From contig NC_092672.1 in NCBI RefSeq assembly GCF_964355755.1, forward strand, positions 32,928,437-32,992,436: a DNA stretch of 64,000 bases. Reading direction: 5' to 3'. This DNA is from Antedon mediterranea (Eukaryota > Animalia > Echinodermata). Positions 55,375 to 64,000 of this stretch are shown piece after piece. The position numbers and the translations under genes are program-made. Positions within the stretch are counted from its first letter, which is position 1. Every line of letters starts with the position of its first letter. The notes under the pieces were generated by a model, which saw only the letters and a program-made list of their open reading frames with translations, did not search any database and was not told the DNA's origin.

Positions 55375-56561
55375 GGGTTGGTGAAATTCAGTCCAAAATA
55401 CGCAGAATTTTTTCCAAAATACGTCAAGTTGAGGGCGCTATACTAATCCAAAATACGCGAGTCTTTCCAAAATACGTCGACTTGGGGGCGCTATTCATTT
55501 TCCAAAATACGCGAATTGTCCAAAATACGTCAAGTTGAAGGCGCTAGTCATTTTCCAAAATACGCAATTTGTCCAAAATACGTCAATTTGGAACCGCTTG
55601 TAATTTTCCAAAATACGTCAACTTAAGAGCGCTATTCATTTTCCAAAATACGCAATTTAAATAACTCCTTTACTTCTTCTAACCAATTAATTATTGCTAT
55701 TATTTTAATCACAATACCATATGCTTTTTATTATTATATATTATATGAAATAATTATTATGTTAGATTTCAGATTAGGTAACTTATTAGACCATAAGTAC
55801 TGTACATTAAATTGAAAGCGATGTTGGTCTGTCGAGCTCGGGAAAAATATCGATTTTGTAGATCACCAATATATAACACATACCTATCACTATACTTAAA
55901 TACTATATACGTACATGCTGGTTTTGTAGCCGGTTTATGCCGCATTTAAACTAGCTACGTCTGGCAATGCAATCGTACATCGTTCAGACATTATTAACGT
56001 ATATTATAGGCACTGTCTATTGACTGATGTTGGCACATATATTTGTATTGAAAAATAATAATTGGCTACTCTATGACATTTTATTTACAAAAAATTCTGC
56101 CTTCTAATACTTTCATTTATAACTAAAATGTACTTGTTTGTTTTATTCCAAGAAACTTTTTTGAATACATTAAACTGTAATTTTACCTTACACTCTCAAT
56201 ATGATACATTTGGAAAGGCTCTCGTATTTTGGAAAAAAAGTTTGCCGCCCTTAAGTTGACGTATTTTGGAAAATTACTAGCGGTCCCAAATTGCAAATTG
56301 ACGTATTTTGGACAAATCGCGTATTTTGGAAATAAATAGCGCCCTCAATTTGACGTATTTTGGACAATTCATGTATTTGGGATAATTTATAGCACCCTCA
56401 ACTTGACGTATTTTGGACAATTCAAGTATTTTGGAAAATGAATAGCGCCCTCAAGTCGACGTATTTTGGAAAGACTCGCGTATTTTGGATTAGTATAGCG
56501 CCCTCAACTTGACGTATTTTGGAAAAAAATCTGCGTATTTTGGACTGATGTTCACCAACCC
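55375..56561. mobile_element. 1.19-kb foldback-type element with long repetitive inverted arms
   Basis: GGGTTGGTGAA..TCAGTCCAAAATACGCAGA / TCTGCGTATTTTGGACTGA..TTCACCAACCC; arms (55375-55655 and 56220-56561) are built from TCCAAAATACG and TTGAGGGCGCTA units. Confidence 0.88.
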
Positions 56562-57055
56562 GACTCAAAAACGTAAATGTTCTATAAATTATAACAATTA
56601 ATATACGCCTACACCTATTATAAAAAGACTTTTGGGACTAAACAATAAATGTAGCTACCGATTCAACCGAAAGACAAACTTTTGGAGGCAAGTTATTGAT
56701 TAGACGTAGAAGTGAATTAAAAATATTATTATAATGAGCAGCCTATATGTAAACAAATTAAAACTAGACCACATGCAATAACACGCAAGCGAACAAACGT
56801 GGATAAATCTTTTGTATTGTTGCTGCTATACCCGGGTATAATATGCAAACGGAATTATGCAGTTTATTGTTGTTGTACAAATAATGTGAAATGAAATATA
56901 TTTAAATGGTCTATTATATTGTGTTTGAACTAAAAGTTTAGTTCCAACTCACGTGTGATGTTCGTTTGTCAATTGTCTATTCATGATGTCTGAGAAATCC
57001 GTGACAAATTGTGTATGTACGTATTACTGTTCAATGTATTTACCACAATCGTATA

Positions 57056-57512
57056 TGGTGTTCCCACTAGGACATAAACACAATGACGTAAGCGCGCCGC
57101 AAGTAAATTGACGACCACGCGATGGGAATCACCAGAATTGTCGCTTGTGATTAGTCAACTCATTTAGGCCTACGTCAATAATGTCTTTGCATTTTATTTA
57201 AGGCCGTGTTTCCAAAGCCGAAATTTAACCGATTAAAACAATACAAATTAATCGATAATTCACCGATAAACTGCCTGTGGAAACGGGGTTTAACCGATTT
57301 CAATCGAGAAAAAATAACCGAAAATTCTCAAATCGGATAATTATCAGATAAATGCAAAAATTGTTAAGTTAACCTTTGACCTAAAGAACAAATTGTTGCA
57401 TTGTGATTGGGCATCATGCCCATTTATTTTTAAATTAATTATCTTATTGGTTAAAAAATGAACCGATAATTTTTTGTTTGGCTGCGGAAACACGGCCCTC
57501 GTGGAAACCACG
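57056..57512. mobile_element. Family A MITE carrying a nested GGCC-ended Harbinger-like MITE (about 57202-57497)
   Basis: Inner TIR GGCCGTGTTTCC / GGAAACACGGCC; outer GTTCCCACTAG ... GTGGAAACCACGC. Confidence 0.7.
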
Positions 57513-57967
57513 CATTTATGGAATTGTTGTTTGTTATGGATACTGTTTTGTATCGTAAACTTTTACGACTCAGTTGGTAATGTTGCATATTGATGGAACA
57601 GAAAGGGAATTTATAAATCCGTCCACATTATTTAATGCTCTGTCTACACTATCAAAAAAGTGCCCAAATATGGTAGTGATATGCTTAAATATGCAGTGAT
57701 ATGACATCATCATGTCCATTATGTTTGATAGTGTAGACAAGGCTTAAGGAAATATATTTCATGTTGCTATGAATTGTCTATAATAAATAATACTATTTGT
57801 AAATAAGCACAGTCTTTTATGAATATACTATATTCTTGTATGAGTAAGAAAATAAACACCAAAAACGCTTGTTACAAAATATTCTTTTATTTATCAGTTA
57901 TCATTTTATCATGTTACAACGGTATTTGTGTGTTGGTGGTATGAATTAGTATGCTATGTTGGGCTAA

Positions 57968-59358
57968 AGAGTGGTTTCCACTAGAACGCAACGTAACGCA
58001 ATCAACGCAGCGTAAAGCGTGGTTCCCACTAGCGACGCAACGCAAGGACGTAACGCAACGCAAGTGAATTGACTAATCACAAGCGATGGCTTATTCGCTT
58101 GTGATTGCTAAAGCGTGGTTCCCACTAGAACGTAACGCAAGGATGTAAACGCAACGCAAGCGTTTTAACCAATGACAAGCGAAGTTATAGACAGCAATCA
58201 CAAGCGAATAAGCCATCGCTTGTGATTGGTCAATTCAGTTGCGTTGCGTTACGTCCTTGTGTTGCGTCGCTAGTGGGAACCACGCTTAACTGTCTATAAC
58301 TTCGCTTGTCATTGGTTAAAACGCTTGCGTTTCGTTTACGTCCTTGCGTTACGTTCTAGTGGGAACCAAGCTTAAAGTGTGGTTCCCACTAGAACGCAAC
58401 GCAACGTAACGCAGCGACGTATCGATTAGTAGTATCAATACCATATTTCCGTTTTTATCGTTGTTGTTTTCTTTTTTTTTCTTACGTTGCGTAGATTGCG
58501 TTACGTTGCGTAGATTGCGTTACGTTGCGTCGCTAGTGAGAACCAAGCTGAAGAAGGAAGGGCATTTGCTAAAGCGTGGTTCCCACTAGCGACGTAACGT
58601 AACGCAAACGACGCAACGTACGAAAATGCCCTTCCAATCATTGTCTTTGCCCCCGCCTGCGTGAAATCAAACCTGTGATTTTTACAGCAATGTTGCGTCG
58701 TCGGTTAAAGATTAATTCGAAACTTCCAATAGAGGGCTGCGGCAAGAGAAATGTTTCTCTCAAAGAGTGTTTGTTTGGTAGACAGCAGCAGTGCTTTAGC
58801 CTAGACTACCGGACTGGATTGTTATGCTTGGTTACCACTAGGACGCAACGCAATGACGTAGAAGCAACGTAAAGCGTGGTTCCCACTAGAATGAAACGTA
58901 ACGCAGCGACGTATCGACGCAAAGTGCTATATTGCGTAATCACAAGTGGGAACCGATGACGCAATGCGCAACAGTGCTGCAAAAATCGCAGGTTTGATTT
59001 CACGCAGGCGGGGGAAAACACAATTATTGTAAGGGAATTTTCTTATGTTGCGTATAGATTGCGTTACGTTGCGCCGCTAGTGAGAACCAAGTTGAGTTGA
59101 CCAATGACAAGCGACTTTTCGATAATCCATCGCTTGTTAAAGCTTGGTTCCCACTAGAACGTAACGCAAGGACGTAAACGCAATGAAAGCTTTTTAACCA
59201 ATGACAAGCGAAGTTATAGACAGTTAGCAATCACAAGCGAATAAGCCATCGCTTGTGATTGGTCAATTCACTTGCGTTGCATTACGTCCTTGTGTTGCGT
59301 CGCTAGTGGGAACCACGCTTTACGTTGCCTTGCGTTGCGTCCTAGTGGGAACCAAGCT
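57968..59358. mobile_element. 1.4-kb pile of tandem and nested family A MITEs
   Basis: At least eight TIR starts, including a copy at 58112-58286 inside a copy at 58016-58372 with TAA duplicated. Confidence 0.92.
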
Positions 59359-62300
59359 TTATGTGATCACCGTTACAATCCTTCTCATTTACAGTATCCA
59401 TGGTCAAATGTAGCGACATATGTTGAAATCAGACGAATACAACTTACGTTTACAGTAATGTATGCAAATTTATTCACATAGTTTAATATTCTTAAGGTGG
59501 TACAGATAATTGTTTGATTTTAAATCTAACTCTTGGAAGGAAAACCTTAAGCTCTGTCCACACTAACAAACTAGTTGGACAAAACAGTTTGATGAGCCTA
59601 AATATGGTAGTGATAATATGATGTCATCGTGTCCATATATGGGCACATCGCAATGTTTTGTCACATAAAGTTTGATAGTGTGTGAACAGAGCTTTAGTAA
59701 TGAAGAAAACCAACCAGACATTATTATTGCAAATAGAAAAGAATGTTTTAAAATTAAATGATCTGTGATAAATTTGATATGATATAACATTGGACAATAC
59801 TATTAAAGAAACACATTTACGATAATCAGAAACTGCGTTCACACTGATCAATATGGACGTAGATTAAGCATTAACTGAAACAATTAGTAGCTAAATAATA
59901 CCTGATTCCCACTATACACAATGTATAGTGAGGCAATACACGCAACGCAAATAATTTGACCACTCACATGCACGGTAACCCCTCCTTCCTACCCTACTAC
60001 AACGGATTATCCGAACTTTCTGCGTTGCGCGTACGTTTTAGCCTTGCGCGTACGTTCGCGCGCCCTCCTAGTGAGTGTACCAAGCTTGTGCTTAGCTCTG
60101 GCATTGATCTTATTGATAACTATTTCCACAGTTTTTATCGAGATGCTTTTGAGATAAATGTCAGGTCCGTAATAAAATAAATATCGAAACTTGAACAGAG
60201 TGAAAAAGTAGTTATTGTTGACAGTGTGTTGTTGTTATACTTTAAAAGTTAACACCATTTGGAAGAATAATTTTGATGGATATGCATTTTTATTTCTCGC
60301 GCAGACAAACCCTAACAAGTAAAAGATGTAACTTTGTTATACCTCTTATTATGTTCAATGGTGACATTTGATGCCAGATAATTTAGATGAAAATAAATTG
60401 TAATTTATGAATCTTTATTCAAACTATTATTTTACATTCATTATTAAGAACCACACAACATGAAATAAACTTATTGTTAGACAATGAAGAGATATAGCAG
60501 CTAGACCAGTTATACTGTAATTTTTGTTTTAAAAAACGAAAGCTTAGACTGGTCACTTTATGCAAATATTGGCCAGTTTTGAATAAGAAATAAGGTGTTC
60601 GTTAATACTTACCTACAATTAACAAAAATTCAATTCTAATCTTACTAGCTACATATAATGGTTTTGTGCAAACTTTGGACGTTTTACGCCCATGCCAATT
60701 GGATCAAATTTCAGCGATTGTCTGGCAACATTTACAGTTCTTCCAATTTTAAATTGTACAATGAAATACACATTATGATACAATAGTTGCCAGAAAATGC
60801 AATTTTTCCTTGATAATAATGAAACTACCCCATCAAATGTCAATTGACAAAAAACTTCGATAAAAAAGAAGTGTAAATATCTAATTACGTCATTACGGTT
60901 AAAATTTAGGAAAAAATTTATGAAAACGCCAATTATGCATAAATTGAATCATTACATTAAAACTTTAGTAAAATCATGTCTTAAAATTTAAATTTGTTAT
61001 TTGGATTATACGGTACGTTTACTTTTACGAACCAAAAATATATTGATATATACATTATATGTATTATTGTATTCGTTGCAGCTGGTGTTTATATTAAATT
61101 GAACTCGAAATTCATTAAAGCTAAAACGAGTAGAATTAAAAAGAACAATTATCGGGTTAATAGTCGATATAAAAGGCGAATCAGAACGATTTCTAAACAG
61201 GGCAAAACAACAATTTTGAGGTTGAATTACCGGCGGTGACGTGACTGGGGCACACTGTATTTTAACGCAAAGATTCTTCTGCCGTTTTTGACATGATGGG
61301 GTAATTTCAAATACCGACAGTACTTATCGAAAATATGTATTTAAAATACTGTACATAATTATATACCAATAGAATAATTTAACAACGTAAAACCTGTTTT
61401 ACAGGAAAAGCGACATATTGATTACACAAAAATTAACATGCTTGCTATACACAATTTCATTGTAAAGCACCAAATAAGGTTTTAAAAACGCCACTAAAAA
61501 TCTGGAATCACTGCATACGGTCAGGACTCACTACTAAACACTCCAATGACACGGTGTGGAGCGTAGATGTCACGTGTGTGTAGGACGTCGCATCTACGCG
61601 CCAAGCGTCGAATACTTGATGACGTAAACAAATTCGTCATGCAACGTTCGAATGACGCGTTTAACACGTGACAAATGAGATTCCTCCTTTGAATTGACCA
61701 TATCCGGCCGCACTGCCGTGTCTTGGAACCAAGTTTAGCAAAGATACAATTTCGTCTGGGCTTAACTACTATTAGGCCTATACAAACAATTAACCAATTT
61801 GGACTACTAGTTTAAACAATATAACAGAGTAATTTTGCATTACTAACATTACTTGATGTGTGTGAACATAGAAAATGACCGTGTACTAGCATTTATATAA
61901 GAACGCACATCCCATTATTCACAAGATATCTAAATATTGCATTTTGTAGATTCAGAAACGACCGAATATACTAAAAAGTTAATAGAAAGCGCTGTGGATA
62001 TTTTCCCGACATAGGCCTACTAACATATTTATCGTCAATCTAGTAAAGCTTTTTGTTGACCAATCACAAGCGATGGATTATCCGAACAGGAGCTTGTGAT
62101 TTCAATGGCGGAACAATATCCAGAGCGTTTTCAGACAGAACATTTTTCCAAATTTTCCTGGAGAGAATCTCATTCTTCATATACAGTAATTAATTCATGT
62201 GATTTATTTGTACACCATGCCCTCAACTGGGTCGGATTGGAATATCATTGGACAGACGATTTTAAAGATTAAAATAGACATGCTTTGTACAACGATGTAG

Positions 62301-63805
62301 GTATAGTTTTAACGAGACAACCCGGTACTGAATAAACTGTTAATACATTCTGCGCACACTTAGACAATTATGAGCGTGCGCAGAATAACTAACGAGGACT
62401 CCTAATAATGTATACTCGGACTAACACAAGAAAGTGGTAACACAATTACATTCAAGTATTCCTTGCGTTGGGATATCTCGAAGGTAGTATGTAGAGGGCA
62501 GTAGACACAAATTTAAACCAACAATAGAGGGCAGTAGATAACAATAACTAGATTGCTTTTAACCAAATGATGAGGGGATGGGGGAAGGAACCCAACTCTG
62601 TGCACTCTCTACTTATTACCACTTTCTTGGCATCTTGAATATGATAACAACTATAATTAGGCCTACGTACACTATTTAAAAAACTTAAAAAATAAATTCT
62701 TGTGCAGTTCCATCCAAAATTTACAATCAAGAAAGTACATATCTTATTATTAGACTACCTTAAAAAAAAGTTGCACATTGGAGTAAATATAACACTGAAA
62801 AATAAGTAATTTTGGTTATCATCTCATTGGCATACTTGCGGAATACAAATTACTTCTTTATAGTGCATTTAAGATGTTGAGAACATTACATTTTTTTACC
62901 AACAAATAGTTTAACGTCATCACTGACTCTGGCCACTGGGTGGCGCCCTCTAGTTTCAAAGGCATATAAACGCCATTATTATACCACTCTCATTTTTATA
63001 CAACTATTTGTTTAAAACTTAAAAAAATCTTAGATCTTATTAACCGGTTATTACACACAACTAGTACAAATCTTAACAATTAATGTATTGAATACGATAA
63101 AAGATTTGTTTAACATTTAACTTAATATAAACAGAGTGTACGCTCAAAGCGATATACTAGTTGCACACAAAGGCTGTCTAAAAAGAGCCATAAAGTTTAA
63201 CTTTGTACAAAACACCTTCCCACTACTTTTAATTGCAGTATTACACGATATTATTCAACTTAACGTCACCCAAATGTACAAGACAGGGCTCTTTTAAAAT
63301 AAAACGCAATTATTACAAACTTATATTATACTCCCCAAACCACCTTTTCCACCCCTTCCTCTGCCCAGCGCCCTCCCCAAAACAAATGAATACAAAAATA
63401 ACACTATTAATAAATAATTAAAAGAAACACCCGGCCAAAAAAAAAGGACGCTTCATTGCTCATCCATTTTACCATGTCATCGTTTTTTTCTTTGGAATCA
63501 TTTTGTGTTTCCATTTACAAAATCGGATATCGCCATCTATTTGACTAAAACTATGACCTTCTGACAAGGCACAGCCGAATAATTAAGTTCGTATTCATTT
63601 TTCGCAAGCACGCCCCATACGAAGCTACATTCTATATTTTACATTAATTACATATTAGCAACTTTTGAAATCTTATTAAAGTTAGCTAAAATACCGTACA
63701 CTAATTAATTTTAAAGTTAATCTGGCAAAAGTTATCAAACACTTATTTTTGATAAACTAATATGTGGCCATGAAGCAAGCTTCCACGCGCGCACGCACGC
63801 GTGTC

Positions 63806-64000
63806 TAACGCTTTTGTCTCAAACGTTAATCAAAGCATTTATTAAATCATTTCTTTACATTGTAAAGCTCGATTCCAACTTATGCGCAACGCAAGGACGT
63901 AACAACCGCATCGCAAATAATTTGACCAATCACGACGCGATGGAGTATCAGAACTGTCGCTTGTTGTGATTGGTCAACTCATTTGCGTTGTGCGTACGTC
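63806..64000 (+). mobile_element. Degenerate family A-related MITE running off the window end
   Basis: AGCTCGATTCCAACT, GCAACGCAAGGACGTAAC, TTGACCAATCAC and GTGATTGGTCAAC motifs. Confidence 0.65.

Noticed and set aside
59400-64000. Additional protein-coding gene in the last 4.6 kb
   Set aside because: Only short AT-rich ORFs and MITE remnants; I found no phase-consistent exon chain.

Overview
AT-rich, intron-containing animal genomic DNA, not prokaryotic. An invertebrate deuterostome such as an echinoderm is plausible but is inference. Four spliced genes can be rebuilt by hand from GT-AG exons with consistent phases: (1) the 3' part of COPB2 (coatomer beta', + strand, 106-3615); (2) a 3-exon FoxL2-type forkhead gene (- strand, 11038-15150); (3) TMEM201/Samp1/Ima1 (- strand, about 19424-29991); (4) a 13-exon, about 398-aa receptor (+ strand, 40750-55247) that the ORF track largely misses. 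Gene 4 encodes a signal peptide, a 12-Cys LYPD6-like Ly6/uPAR three-finger domain and an adhesion/class-B-type 7TM domain, with no room for a GAIN/GPS domain. The two strongest findings are this LU-7TM receptor and the COPB2-FoxL2-TMEM201 linkage, which joins genes that lie on two paralogous human segments (3q22-23 and 1p36). The rest of the window is MITEs (TAA/TTA-, TTAA- and TA-target families, often nested), foldback elements, truncated LINEs, a rearranged Penelope fragment, SINEs and several satellites. There is also direct sequence evidence that the abundant TAGGCCTA motif arises as a TA-site insertion, consistent with a transposon footprint.
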